Shown piece by piece: positions 12,620 through 27,015 of a stretch of DNA of 64,000 nucleotides. A program made the translations under genes and the position numbers. Below the pieces are notes generated by a model. The model worked only from the letters and a program-made list of their open reading frames with translations, was not told the DNA's origin and made no database searches. Source of the DNA: Catajapyx aquilonaris (lineage: Eukaryota); the NCBI GenBank assembly GCA_000934665.2, contig JYFJ02002099.1, positions 1 through 64,000 on the forward strand, in the 5' to 3' direction. The stretch's first letter is position 1. Each line of letters opens with the position of its first letter.

Positions 12620-15600
12620 TATTAAATATTAGACACCAAATTTTTGAGCGAGTTAGATTGAGGGGAGATGGCTCGCGGACCAGTGCGGGGACTCATGCCG
12701 GAGTCCCCAGCCCTCGGGCCACCGCCGCCGCCGAGCCACCGCCTGCCAATGAATTCCGAGCCGCAATGAATAATCTCCCCTGTCGCAGGCAGATACTGAT
12801 CGAATTTCCCAGCAGCCCCGGCGGTGAGGGCCTCAATTATTCAGCAAGCCTGTTGCCCCGCTACAGCAGCCACGCACCGTAGGGGAAAAAAGGTAGTGGG
12901 CTTATTTCTAGGCCCAGACCGCCCTTCAAAGTTCCTGCCCTTAGGCCTTAAAGAGGGTGGGTTGGACCCAGATCCGCGAGATTCGTGACATGTATAGAGA
13001 GGCTGCGGTTTTGCAGGCGGACAAAAGGGCATAGGTTTGACCCACCAACCTTTTATGCGTTCAGAGAAGCTAAATGGTAAAAGTTAAGCGCAGGCACTTG
13101 GCCCTCGACATTTTGGAGAGTTATAGGAACCCAGCACTTTGTCAGTGTTTATGAGAGATGAGGAAGGGTTATGGCGTGGGGGGTTTGCTGGGCTCGACAT
13201 GTTTAGCCCACCTTGATTGTGAGACGCTCGAGCGCAGCTTCTGGTTGGCGTGAAAACGACCAACTCCGATGCAATTACCTTTTCCTATTAGGCATCGGCT
13301 CGAGAGTGGACGTGTTGGGGTGGGCGTCGGCGGCGTCGGCGGCGTCGAGCTAGAGCGAATTTGTCGCTCCCCCCCATCCAAAATTTCGACTTGGCTGGTT
13401 TCAAACCCGGAAATTTAGGGCCAAATGTCGATAGAATTCATCGGGACGTTTCATTAGTCCGGACAGAGTGCGTCTTTGTCCACTCTGATTGGCCATCATT
13501 ACCATGCACGGTCAACATTCATTTTCAGCTGGCTGAACCTCTGCACAAAATCGTAATAGTCCTACTAGAGAGTGAGGCTCAATATTACATATACTCCATA
13601 AGTGCAATAATTGACTATCAAAATTGTGGTTGAATAATCTAGTAGCTATAGTGGTACAGGATGAATCAGAAAGCAAATATTTTTGACACAGTTTCAGCTA
13701 TACCGAGCTGAATACATACCCACAGACAAACACCAGGACATTACATATTAATATACATGTCGCCCATAAATAAGAGACGACAAACTTTTCGCTATGGAGC
13801 CAACCCCTTTTTGTATGGTACCAACCCAAAAAATGACGCCAAGAATTTCCAATTTCGCCAATGTATAGGATCGGTCTGGTTCTTTCAGTTTGAACGTGTA
13901 TCAGAGGCCGTAAGGAAATAGCGTGACACAAAAAAACGAGCTAGAGTTGATCTCTGAAAGGGGGCCCAGCACATCGAGTCGACCACTGCAACGGCCCACT
14001 TGCATTGAATATTTTATCGCGGCCGTTGCCAGTGCAGGACAAATTTCTCCCGGAGCTGGCGTTTCAAAAGAAAATACGAGGAAAGGAATGGATAGGAAAA
14101 AAAAGTGAGGGATCCGGTCAACTTTGTAGTCCGGATACCAACCAGTGTGTATGGGAGTTCACGTCACATCATCCGGGCAATTTACTACCGCCCCGAATTG
14201 CGTATTGGTAATTGTCCCTGACGCGCTGTAAACGATAAAAAATGTGGCATAACATTTACCTCCTATCCATAACCTTCTTGGCTCGACAACATTCACTATT
14301 TTGTTTTTAAGGTTGGCACAACGAGTGCATTTTACGTTAATAATGGTAAACAAATGCTAATGGCATGTCATTAGTTGCAGTGACGATGGCCGCAATCATT
14401 GTTTATGGTTCTCTGGTTTCGCACTATATTTGGCACGTGGCAGGCACGTGGTTAACCCTTCTCAAAATTGCGTTTAATTAATAAACATTGCGATGATTTA
14501 TGAGCCGGTTGCTTCTGTCTGATTTTGTTTACGTAACGGCGTTCCTTGCCTTAATAGGACCGTTAGTGCAGGCGGGATAATTTTGCATTTAGCCAAGCAT
14601 GAAAGACCGCCTAATCTAGCCCATTCATATACATTTGCAAAATAATTTATTTAATCGCGGGACATTAAATTATGCAGGGTCGCCAAGTTATCTCCTGATC
14701 CTACTTTATGAAGAGGCTTAAGTGGCAGAAAAGAGGCAGATGTGCCTTAGCCCCCCCTCTTTGCCATCCTCCTAGCCTTTCGCCAACCCAACCAACGGTG
14801 TAACTACACTATACTATAGTACTGGCTCCTACTGCATAGTATATCGATCTATGTTCAACCGAGGGAAGCTTGCGCCAGAAAAAAAAAGAAAGCAAAGAAG
14901 AAAAGGGGAGGGAAAAGGTGCCAAGTCAATCCACTCTTTGAGTAACGACATTAGCGTTTATGTGCAAGCCGAGACATTTCCTGGGAGTGTTTCATAAAAC
15001 ATGGAAGCACACGAAATCAATCCTTCGTAGCTATCTTCCGGAAACACGGCTTATGATTTATAAATACCGTGTACTGAGAGAGGGTAATGCGAGTCCTTTG
15101 CAAGCATGCCGCAAAATCCTGCTAATATCCTAATGACATGAAACCGAAAGGCTTTTCAGCAAGTCCGGGAACCCGGTTTTTTTCCTTCCTCGGGACGATA
15201 ATCCATTTTTATGCCAGTTGATTCGGAATTTATAGAAGACGTGGGATGGATGGAAATTGATCGTCGGTACATGCCATTAGGGAAGGGGGCGGCCTGCAAC
15301 GGGCAAACACGAGATCAAAGATACGTGAAAAGGAGCCCAACATCACAGGGAGAGAGAGATAGCTATATACAACCCGACATAGGACCTAGAAAATAAAATA
15401 AACATGCCAGGACTAGTGTGTACATACACGGTCAGACACATACACACACGACGCGCCGATTCAATGTGCGATTACGCAAGTGCAGTAATTTCTCTCGCTG
15501 GATTCAACAAAAGCCTAACCTTCTCATCCCGCAGGCAACAGATCAATCCAAAATGGCCTCGTTTCGCTCAACTGACTGGGATATGTGCATGGGAAGGATT

Positions 15601-17270
15601 CTACTTTTTTATCTAGCTGTACTTATTCACTTTTATTATAACGGCTATGCCTCCTTTTGTTCCGGCATTTGTTCATTCCATGGTCAATATATAACAAAGT
15701 TATCTTTAGAAATGTGTTTGTTATGTTATCCTGCTCGGATGGACAAAAGACAGAGTTCCAAAGCCCCCAGAGCTTAGTCTTTAAGAACAATCCTGACCAT
15801 CCATAGAGAGCAGGCGCAGAATCTGGACTGAAAATTAAATTGTCACACCCCCACTTTTAGTCGCCAGTGAGTTAGTGTTACTGCTATAGTGTCCAAACCA
15901 GTTGCACTAAATCCCAATATAATGCCACGTCCTGTTTGTAACTTCATTGCGAGGGTACACTACGAGCAGTACACACACGCCCGAATTGCTTTAATTTCCC
16001 TCACGTTCAGTTCAAATCAGCCATACCTGAAACTGTACTGTACGAGCCAAAACGGTAAAGTCTGTCAGTGTCGCAAAGCTCGAATAAGCAGCCATGAAAC
16101 CTGATTATTCCTCTCTGCTGCAAAGCGAATGCAATGCAGCCCAATTGAAGTATGCAAAGAGGAATTTATTTTCACCAAGTTGGTTATGATGAATCAGTTA
16201 TTTAGACAAGGAAGAACAGAGTTAACTTTTATCTGAATCATATTAGGGCTGACAAAATGGTGTCGTGACCAAGATTACACCTGTATAATCAGACTAGCCT
16301 CCGACTCCCGACACCCCATCTACCAGCGAAACTCCTAAATCGCCCTCAACCCTGCGCCTTCCGCCATATTGCTCGCTACTCTGCTGACTGAAGTCCGTTA
16401 GAGCAGGTAGGTCCGACAAACGGCGCAGTACATTATCCCGGTACTCCCTTGGAACGTGATTTAGGTCGCCGTTGGGGGAAGGCACAGGAGCGAAATAATG
16501 TAGAGCGTGCGGCTCCTGCAGGTGTCTTGGCGTCTGCCCGCCCGTCCATCCGTCTGTCCGGTCCAACCGGTCCTCTCCCGCCCCTTTATCCAGCCCCTGC
16601 AGCCCCGGCCCTCTGCTGGCTGCTGCGCCGTATCGACCCGCCATGCTTAGCTAGCTGCTGCCAAACTGGGAACTAACTCATCACCAAGCTGGAGCAAAGA
16701 AGGCACAATAAGCACCACATCAAGATGAAGCTTCCCTCCTCCCCCAAAAAAAACAAAAGTGGGGAAAGGTCCCAGGTTTGCTAAACGCCTCAAATTGCTA
16801 ATCTCCAGATTAGCACGGTATTTGACGACTATATGACAATCCTTGGCCGGCAGCGGACTAGTTAGCTCCGTGCCGTTTGATTCGGAAGATCAACCAGAGG
16901 GGGAGAGGAAAAGGCCGGCTGGGGAGAGGTGTATATTGACCCAAGGGAGTGGGTAAGTGAGTCGCAGCTTGCCCTCACTCTCTCTAAAACCCACACAAAT
17001 CTTCCAATTCACGAGTTTTGCTCGAGGGCGCGCGCTATCCACTCTGCGCAAAGTTGCGACACACGGGATCTCTCGGGTGTATGGGCTGGAATGGGGAGAC
17101 TCTCTGAAGTAACGATTCTGGCTGATACGAAGGGTGGGTATTACAAATGGATGGTGACACCTGGTGGCAAGAATTGGGTGCTGTGGCTTGTTGGAGTCGA
17201 GATGATGTCATAACTATAGGGTGGAGATAGGAATTTTTAACAAATATTTTTATGAGGAAAAGAACTAACA

Positions 17271-17416
17271 CAGGGTGTTCCAAGTTCGTAGGTCACTTTT
17301 TGTTATCACTGATATCGTCCGAATTAGCTTGTTGCGCTCCTAATTAGTCGCCCTGCTATATCCAACCACCTGATAGTATTGAGGCACAACAAGCTACACA
17401 ATCTTGGAACACCCTG
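17271..17416. mobile_element. Tc1/mariner-type MITE (CAGGGTG termini)
   Basis: TIR CAGGGTGTTCCAAG / CTTGGAACACCCTG followed by TA; additional internal inverted similarity (agcttgttg / caacaagct). Confidence 0.7.
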
Positions 17417-19330
17417 TATAGGACGTTATGTGGGTTAATGTGTCAACGTGAGCCACGTTTTCAGAGTTGTAGCCTAGAGTGCTTTTTTTCCTGCGTGTGT
17501 TCTGCACTTAGCAGTGGTCAGAAGCGATAACGGTTACCAATGCGTGTGTCGATACCAGCTATTTGCTTTACCTGGCAGGTTGGTCTGATTTCTTACAGGG
17601 CTCGGTAGAAATCCATTAGTTTCAACTACGGATTCTCTGCCGCTTTGCACGCCAGCGGCTGTGGGTCTGCACAAAGTCACCACTCTGCAAACATGCAAGA
17701 GAAATGCTGCATTGGCTTCAATGCAAAACTAATATTACGTGCTATCTTACTAAATATATAATGCATGGCTGTTTTTGCAAAAGCAACATGTGGGATGTGG
17801 GTCGTGTCCCAGGCTGGGATGACAAACACGGGAAGCTGTACGATATTGAAAGTATTTTCAAATATCGCTCAGGCAATGTAATCGCAAATCGGAAATTTTC
17901 AATAGCGCGACAACGTCCTTGTCGTCTCCGGGCCTGAAGTGCAGGGGATTTCATTCATACGGACTGACATAATCGAGGAAGCGCGGATGGGGGAAAAAAT
18001 TGTTGACATATCTCCACTTTAGCACTTTTTGAGCGAAAAGGGAGGAAACGCATCTTGTATGCAAAATAGGGAATTTTCACGCCAAGTTAAATCCTATTTT
18101 TACCGAGTGCACCTTTATATGCACGGTTACTTACCAGTTCATCTGTGCATAAATTAACTCAATTTCAGCTGTTTGCACGTTTTCCCACACACTGCAATTT
18201 CAACAATTCTTCCCCACTTGGACAGGCATTCAGACAACATATACCAGTCAACAACACGTATTCCTCATAATCCAATTATTTCGAGACTAGATCGATCACA
18301 CAAGTGTGAAAAATATGCCAAACGTATTAGCATCATCATGATACCTGAAACCGATATTGTTCAATTGGCCTAAATTATAAAGCGCATTTTGTTCTTCGAA
18401 AGCCACCAAAAAAATGAAATCGACGTGATAATCTAATCTGCATTTTTTAGCCACGAGATCCATCTCATACATATCACAACCAGCTGGCACTCTAATGGTA
18501 TTTCACTTTTTAATTTTTGGATGAATTCACACATAAGTGGCGTCCCCCAATATTTTTTATATATAGCATATACTGCTCACCTGTACAAAAAAATTCTGCA
18601 AAAGCTTCATTAAGGTGCTCAAAGTGGTGAAAGCCCTGTCTAACGCCAGGCAGCCAGCCGTCCGTGACACTCCGAAACGCATATACACAGTGTGTGTGCT
18701 GGCAGCAACAGGCTTAATACGTTCAATTAGCGGTACCGGCATGGTAATCCAACAGACAGAAACTCGATCTTTGCTGAGGTATGCACGTTTTTTGACTGAA
18801 GAACCAAGTTTCTTTCCTATGGGACTGGTTCTAGGATTTTAATGCGAAAGGGTTCGCCTTTTCCTCGTTACACCCCAGTTTCCGTGACATCCGAGAGAGC
18901 TCTAACGAAGTTACACTGCATTATCAGCTCCATTCACAACTCCTCAAATTGAGCCGCAATCTCTGTGTCGTGCCACAATTTATTTTAGCAAAAGGGTTGG
19001 ATAGGGCTGCTGGGTTGTGGGGGGGAAGATGCGCTCAGTCCCCGGCCCTCAACCCGCCCGCACCCCCACGGCGACACCAGTAGAAAGCGTTATTGCCCAA
19101 ATGAACGTCTGTTCCGGGGACTGCAAATTGCACCCGACCAATTTGCTCATATCTGACGCGACAAACGGGTCATTACTAGGCGTGGAATAGAAAAAAAATA
19201 GAGTAGAAGGAAATTCAACAACACCGCTTGCAGTAATTGATTCTGGAATATTTCCGGTGGCACTGCTACAGTATGGTGTTGTACGGTGACATAAAGATAC
19301 GTTTGCGAATGATTCCCCACCTTTACTATG

Positions 19331-19370
19331 CCTTTACACCTTTACACCTTTACACCTTTACACCTTTACA
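19331..19370. repeat. (CCTTTACA)5 tandem repeat
   Basis: Five perfect 8-bp units. Confidence 0.95.
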
Positions 19371-21024
19371 AAAATTCGTAGAACGGGCTTGATTATTTGG
19401 CTATGCTTTCGTATCGGGATACCCCGCACTTTTACCTACTCTACTAGGTGTGGATTCGCTGAAGGACAGGAGTAGATACGCTACGGATAGGGGCAGATCC
19501 GCTACAGATCCGCTGACGGATATGCGTGGATCCGCCAGGAAGGTTAGTCATGGGGTACGTTGGTGCAGCGTGTATTGCCATATTCGGTCTCCAATATTAC
19601 GAAAGCCATTCCGATTATTTCATGCTTTGCGAATCTGGCGAAGATGTGAAATTCTCCACTTCTAGGTGCTTGAAGAGATGGATTGTTGGAGTCGTCCCTA
19701 TTTTTTTTTTTTGTAAAGGTGCTCGTTTGATGTGAAAAGGTGGGTGGGAAGGTTGGAAATTTAGGGTTTTAGCTACGTGCCTAGTGGTTTGGATCGATTC
19801 CGCGCTTTGCGATTTCAAATTCGAAAGCGTGGAATTACCACTGCATATTTTATATGATTTTTCATTAGCGGTGCCGATAATTTTAGTAGAAACATGACCG
19901 ATAGTGTTGTAGTATACGTGTATGGCAAATATATGGGATGTCCAATATATTAATATATCCGTCATGTAGGCTATTTGCGGCAATGATCGCACATGCAGAT
20001 AGAATCAGATGTTGAATAAATAATAGCTTTAAACCGTTAATTGCAAGCGGCTTGTATGCCGGTTATATAAACAGCTTATACCGCGGTTATTTCTCCTATA
20101 CCTTCCAATTGGCATAACGAGGAAAATGGTTCATTCTATTATTAGTAGTCCTATTTTGTTCTAAATTAACGTATTGTTTCATTTGCGCGCGGGCTGTAGA
20201 CTCATTTCATATGAGCCGAATTTGTCATAATTAGAGATTTAAAACATCCCCCATTACATGGCCGGTTTAGCCCAGCATAATGTGTGTCGATAACTTTCTG
20301 AAATCTGCCAAGTTATTTTTTATTAGCAATATTTTGTTGCTATAGAATTCCAGTAGTGTTATGCAAGTTTCATCATACCTGATTACAGTATCCAGTTTGT
20401 ACTGTTCGTTAGAACAACGGTTTCATTATACATCAGTTCTACTACTAGGCACTACACATCCCTCTCCACACAAAACCGTCGGTTACATCATTTCTGCCCT
20501 GTAATTTTTCTGCGTGCATATTCAATTACGCAGAGCAGACCGCAGTACTAAAACATTGTTTCCGACTACTATTCAATGGTTTTTGAAGCATAAAGTTTTA
20601 CACAAAAAAACCTACCTGTACAGGTCTCTCGTAAAATCGGATTAAGAGACCACACGGGGCTACCACAAACCTCCAGAGACAAGAGAACAGCACATATTTC
20701 TCCCAGTTTTTTCCCATCCTCTTGTCTCTCTCTTTTCTTCTCGCATTTTTTGTTAATATTCCACCGCAGACATGAAACATTTGAAACGTGAAGAATGGCC
20801 TCGCGTTGCGGTAGCTTTTAATATTTGCCATGAGCAGCATTTCACCCTCCCAAGAGTAATACCCTCGAGAGATCCTTTTGGAACGAAACCTTTCCCAAAA
20901 CCATAAGTTAGAATCTGTCCACATTTTGTTGGTCAGAGTTTGTCCCTCTATGCCCACATAAGCCTGATCCTAGTTAACCTTACAAGAAGTGACATTCCAG
21001 GTCCCTGTGAATTAGGTTCGTTAG

Positions 21025-21333
<309 letters not shown>

Positions 21334-21440
21334 TAGCCTTTATAATGCATCATAATCCTAGTCCTTGTCTTGCGCGGTTTAAGTGGAGCTAATGTCTCGG
21401 TTTAAAGCACATTAGTTGGGTGTCCAGAATCTGAATGTAC

Positions 21441-21542
21441 TATGGGGCTCAAATTGTTTTGGCCACTTTATCCTGGTCTTGAAGCAACCCTCCTCACCGT
21501 GGGGTCTGTGCGAAGGGTTCCCAAAACAATTTCAGCCCCATA
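21441..21542. mobile_element. MITE family 3 copy, internally deleted
   Basis: TIR tatggggctcaaattgttttgg / ccaaaacaatttcagccccata; the interior ggccactttatcctggtcttgaagcaaccc matches the 5405-5546 copy. Confidence 0.75.
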
Positions 21543-23309
21543 TACAGGACTTGTTGTCTTCGAAATGAAAAGCTAGAACAAAATTTTTCAACTACACATA
21601 ATATTTTTTAAAAAACCCATAAAAGCAACTTCTAGTAAGCAGCTTAGTGTTAAAAAACTGCTTATTGAACCGGAAGTAGAAAGCCGGATTTTGAACCTTT
21701 TAGGCTTGTCGTAAATGAAGGGACTTAGGGGGTTTTGGGGGAAAGGGGCAGGGACCATGATTTTTTGGAGTTATTGATTGGCTGAAAAACAAGAGAGGAG
21801 GCTGCGGGTTACCGGAGAAGTTCAAGAGATGTACTGCATCATTGATCTGATATCACGCAGGTAACAAAATAGCAGCGAGAAGCTAACCATGCTGTCAGTT
21901 TAAATCTCCGGTTAACATTTTAAAACTGTGGGTTAGAGTGAACTCAGCTATGTCTAGTTACTACAAGGCCGTTGCAAATGTACTATTAAAGTTTAACCTA
22001 GATTAGGCCTGTGCAATCACTGCTGAGTACAAACACACCCAGCATGAAGGCAACTGCAATTTCGAGCCTGTTTGCCAAAGTGCATTTAATGACGTAACTG
22101 CGCGCACTTCAAATTGAATTTCATTTCATGCATAACAAGAAAGATAAATAGTTGAAATTACCGCGCAAATTGCACATTTCACGCCCAATTTCATCTGCAT
22201 TAATCTTTCTTGCAATCCGTTGCAATGAATCGATCCTGACGCACGGTTGTTGCATCTCTACATAATTAATTATGGCTAGACGAAGAGCACAGCTTGTCAT
22301 GAGCATTAAAGTACATATACCCAAGTACAGTGTAAGAAATACGAAATTTTTTGCCCCAGATGAACCCCAAATGTCACCCTACGTTTTTGAACCCATCCAT
22401 TATTTTTTCCTAGAGATTGATTCGTCTCCAAAATATGGAATATCCTGCTTTCTCCCATAATGAAATTGGTAAAGAGTGCAAAAATGAAGGGGGCTGCAGC
22501 AGCCAGCTAGCACCAATGCAGTATGTTTCAAATTGGAGCCTGATTCCCATCTCCAGTTTCCCCGATTTTATTGGGATTTATAAATCCCGGCGGAAATGAA
22601 AGCGGCGGAATGTTTCCGATGTGCCCTTCGTCAATCATTTCGCTGGAATTCCGTTAATTCGCGCAGTCGATGAGTAAAAGGGTGGTGGGGGTGGGGGTGG
22701 CCCAGGGACTTAAGGGCGGGGTGCAAGAAAAGTGCCAGGGTTGGTACGAAAGGGTGGATGAGCATGGGTGGAAAGAGCAGAAAAAGGGGGGTAGAAACGA
22801 TAAAGGATGAGAAAAGAAGAAGAAGAAGAAAAAAAGATGCCTCTATAGAAATAGGAGGCTGCTGGTTCTGCTGGATGAATCGATCAATCTCAGGGTTCGA
22901 GAAAATGGATAAATGTGGACAGCTGTAGAAATTGAACAACATTTGGATGTCCTCAGGATTCTCGAAAAATAGTTTCCGATCATTCGAAAAGGTGGGTGTG
23001 GGGAAAGGAAGGGAGGGATCATGTACGTGTGTGAAATATGAGGCTTCCTTTTTGGTAAGACGATTCGGAATTCAGCTGGCATTTTCCAACAGTGGAAAAG
23101 AACGGGAGGTGGTATGAAAAGGAAAAAAAGTTTTCTGCACGGTAGCCCTGGTCTGTATCGTGTAGGGGCTAAGTATACACGGCCAAACTAGATAGGGCAA
23201 AAAATTGGTATCGGAATAAATTCATCGTGCCAAAAATGGTGGACGTGCAGTGCAATACATTTTCCACAACTTGTTTATTGCTGGCTTCCAAGGAACTGGA
23301 TTAACAAAC

Positions 23310-23674
23310 TAACCTAACCTAACCTAACCTAACCTAACCTAACCTAACCCCTAACCAAACCAAACCTAATCTAACCTAGCCTATATGCTTTAGGTTAGGT
23401 TAGGTTAGGTTAGGTTAGATGATGTTATAACCTAACCTTATCTAACCTGTTCTAACCTAACCATATCTAACCTATTCTAACATAACCTTATCTAACCTAT
23501 TCTAACCTAACCTTATCTAACCTATTCTAACCTAACCTTACTAACCTAACCTTACTAACCTATTCTAACCTGACCTTACCAACCTATTCTAACCTGACCT
23601 TACTAACCTATTCTAACCTGACCTTACTAACCTATTCTAACCTGACCTTACTAACCTATTCTAACCTAACCTAA
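23310..23674. repeat. Interstitial telomere-like (TTAGG/CCTAA)n tract with derived 23-24-bp minisatellite
   Basis: About 8 units of (TAACC) at 23310-23349, an inverted (TTAGG) run at about 23389-23418, then repeats of ctaacctattctaacct(a/g)acctta to about 23674. TTAGG is the common arthropod telomere repeat. Confidence 0.9.
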
Positions 23675-26446
23675 ATGTATACAATGGGCAATAAATTTAA
23701 GTACACAAAAACCTATTGAACAGGTAACCTCGTTTCAAATTGCGTTAATCTGGAGGAGGGGGGTGGGTAAAAAAAGGGAAACAGCAGGATAAGATAAGGT
23801 TTGCTGAATGGAACCATCCGGGCGGCCAGGAGCCATGTTCGAAACTTTGCTCCAGGAATAAAGGCAGTCGTCAAGAATAGGAGGGCGCCATCTATTCTCT
23901 CCAACCATAGAAATCCGGAGTCGCCAGAAGTCAAAAAGTGCGGAAGACGCATTCAATTTCGAGAGAAGAAAGGCGGAAAAAAAAGTTTCTGGAGCAAAGT
24001 TCTTAATAACTACTCACAGGATTTATATTACCTATAAAAACGGATTTTTCCGCTTATACAGTCCCAAAGCTACTTTATGAAGTCTTACACTCATATGTGA
24101 CGGCCGTTTAATTGACATTTGGAACGAGTTCAAAGTTTCTACTAGTCGTGCACAGAACATGATGAAATGGAAATTGTTCGCAAAATTAACTAATGGGCCA
24201 TTTTAAATGTTTCTATACGCTAGACTGGCGCCATTGCCATTTTTGGCGCAATTTTATAGTTATGCAGGGGATAATATTTTTATTGCGTAAAAGTGATCAG
24301 GGATGCCTTCACAATATGGGACGTCACAGTCACGCAAAAAATAGGAAGCTCATGCAATAACCCTTTGATCGTTGTTGAAATATCCTGAATACCGCAACAA
24401 CAAGGGCCATCAAATAGGTAGAAAAATTTGATTTAATTCCTGAAACATCCAAAAAACCCCAAGGGCGACCGTGTCAAAATATTAGGTAAATTCATTTCGT
24501 TTCAAGCTGATGTGCTCTCAATATCGTAGAAAACCAGGAATATACAGTACAGTACCCCCAAAATAATGCATGTTATCTGCTCATTTACGATGTGATTAAC
24601 CTGTTATGTAATCTAGGCAGCGGCTATGTATAGGTCTAATATTAATTTGATGGCACTTATCAGTCACCTTGTGCCAATCTATTAAGAGGTAATTAATGAT
24701 CAACCGGAGTACTATCAGGTTCATAAACTGCCCAACACTTGTGCATACTTATGGGCTGCAAGGGGACAGGACACTACTAAATTATTCTGAGTCGATTTCA
24801 CACTTTTACTAATTTGGCATGCACCCAAAAATATTATAATGCAAATAGTATTTTTATATCAATTTGATTTCATGTTCAACTTAGCTGACATATCCTCATC
24901 AAAAAGGGTGCTAATTCAAGTGAAATAAATTGAAAACCACTCACACAAAAATCCTTCCTCAGTACCATACACTCCAAAAAAAATCTCATTACGAACACCA
25001 CACATCGGTACCAAACCCAAAACAGGTCCGGCATCTTCGGAGCGCCCCACACCGTAATAAATCATTAGAAAAGCGACGCATATTAGAATTCCGAAGGCAT
25101 ACACTACAAGCAAGGATCGATGGCCTACCGAACGGCCTACAAAAACGAATGTAAACACGGATCTGTCGTCTCCTCTGCTAATAACCTCCCGTGGGTAAAC
25201 ACTATCAAATATGGAAGCTGCATCAAGTAGCTACCAATTAAGAAAGCAGTGTAACGTCTGTATTCAAGCCTTAAATGGCTGCAAAAAATGAAAGCTTGGC
25301 AGTATTCCCGATGGACCAGTAAAAAGATTACACCATCCTATATCTAAAGAAAGGGTTGTACATCTTTAATTGGCTCTTATAGTAAGCAGCGTCTCTCGTA
25401 AAAAAAGAAGGAATATTAATGGATAATGGACAATGAATAATATATGAAGTGCATAGCCGGAGGTGTTGGCGCGAAGCTTCCTGTGAAGGTGTGGACTTCC
25501 TAATTCGCAATTTGCATGAGGACCTTGCGCAATGAGGTGTCTTTCCAAGCTCAATACAGGCCGCGCCAGAAGGGCTCTCAATTTGACAGTCAATTCGGCA
25601 GACCCCAAAGTGTACCGCATGGGGGGTTGCCAAAATATTGATATCCGGGTTGACGGACTTTGAGCGTCACCTGTGTCACTTGCTGGTCCAACGGTCGAAA
25701 TTGGGTCAAAAAAGTGTCATCTAATTTATGCACAGCAGATAGCACGATTTGCACCAACAATCCTACAAGAAGGGTTTTATTACCTCATTCTGTTTCATTA
25801 TGCTGCGAGCCCCAGCAAAATAGAGCATAAAATGCTATTTTCAGAGTATGCGTTGAAAGTATATAGACCCTGACTATAAAAGGGCTAGGCATCAAAGACA
25901 GACAACGCCGGTCGTCTTTTGCCTTGATTTTTGTCAGGTAAGTGAGACGGCCAGATTTATAAGGTGTTGACGGGCGATGAAAACGTTGAGGAGGAACCGG
26001 AGACTCATCCACTCCAGTGAATTTCCTAAAAGCCGTGTTGTTGTGAGAGGAAAAACCGTGCGAGAGGGTGGGACCGACTCCATTGTCTGCAGATGCAAGC
26101 CTCGGGGTTGGAGGTTGACAAAAAAAAGAGGACATCGCGACAAAGGAAAGCGGGCAATGTATGCGTTCCCTTTTCTTTCGCGCACACTCAATCTCGACTC
26201 AACTCAATTCCGTGCACTTTGCATAGAACCTCCAAAAATGGTCCGCTTCACTTGACTTAACGTCGATTACTTACGGAGCATTTATTACCTCTCATGTTGT
26301 TATTGCTCAGTCCGCCAAGGAGCTAACTGTGCAGTAAAGACTTGATTCCAGCCATTTCACGACTGTGAGCAACAAGAAAAAAAGTTTACGTCCGGTTCTT
26401 TCTTCAAACGTATTTACCATAAGTGGTGCACACCTTATCACGTTAT

Positions 26447-26991
26447 AGTAGGAATCAGAACATGATGAACTTTTTTAAAAAATTGTAGAGCTGTAAATTG
26501 CAACAGTGCAAGGGTTTGGGCTGGTCATGGTAGGATGGGGTCAGATAAGTGAGACCCTTCCTAATCTACCCTCCTTGGGCTTATAGCAGATGAGGTAGTG
26601 GACCTTCTAAACTAATCCGATAACTTTTTAAAGACGCACCTTTTTGCATTTTTGAGAGCAAATATTCATTCTAAGGTGCCGAAAACCTATATTTTCATAC
26701 CTGATGCCTGTTTGTGACATGCTTGGTACGAATCGAGTATAAAAAGATAGGTTTTAGACACCTTAGAATTCACATTTTCTGTCAAAAATGCAAAAAAGTG
26801 CGTCCTTAAAAAAGTTATCGGATTATTTTAAAAGGCCCACTTCCCCACCTGCTATAAGCCCGAGGAGGGTAGATTAGGAAGGGTCCCACTTATCTGACCC
26901 CCTCCTACTGTGGTCAGCCCAAACCCTTGCACTGTTGCAATTTACAGCTCTGCCATTTTTTCTTGAAGTTCATCATGTTCTGATTCCTACT
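26447..26991. mobile_element. Large foldback element with ~250-bp inverted arms
   Basis: agtaggaatcagaacatgatgaactt...tgcaacagtgcaagggtttgggctg...aaaacctat pairs with ataggtttt...cagcccaaacccttgcactgttgca...aagttcatcatgttctgattcctact around a short central spacer. Confidence 0.85.
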
Positions 26992-27015
26992 TATACACGC
27001 ACAAATAATCAAAAC

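Noticed and set aside
24930..25154. A-rich 74-aa ORF considered as a LINE remnant
   Set aside because: No recognisable reverse transcriptase or endonuclease motif; cannot be supported without a search.
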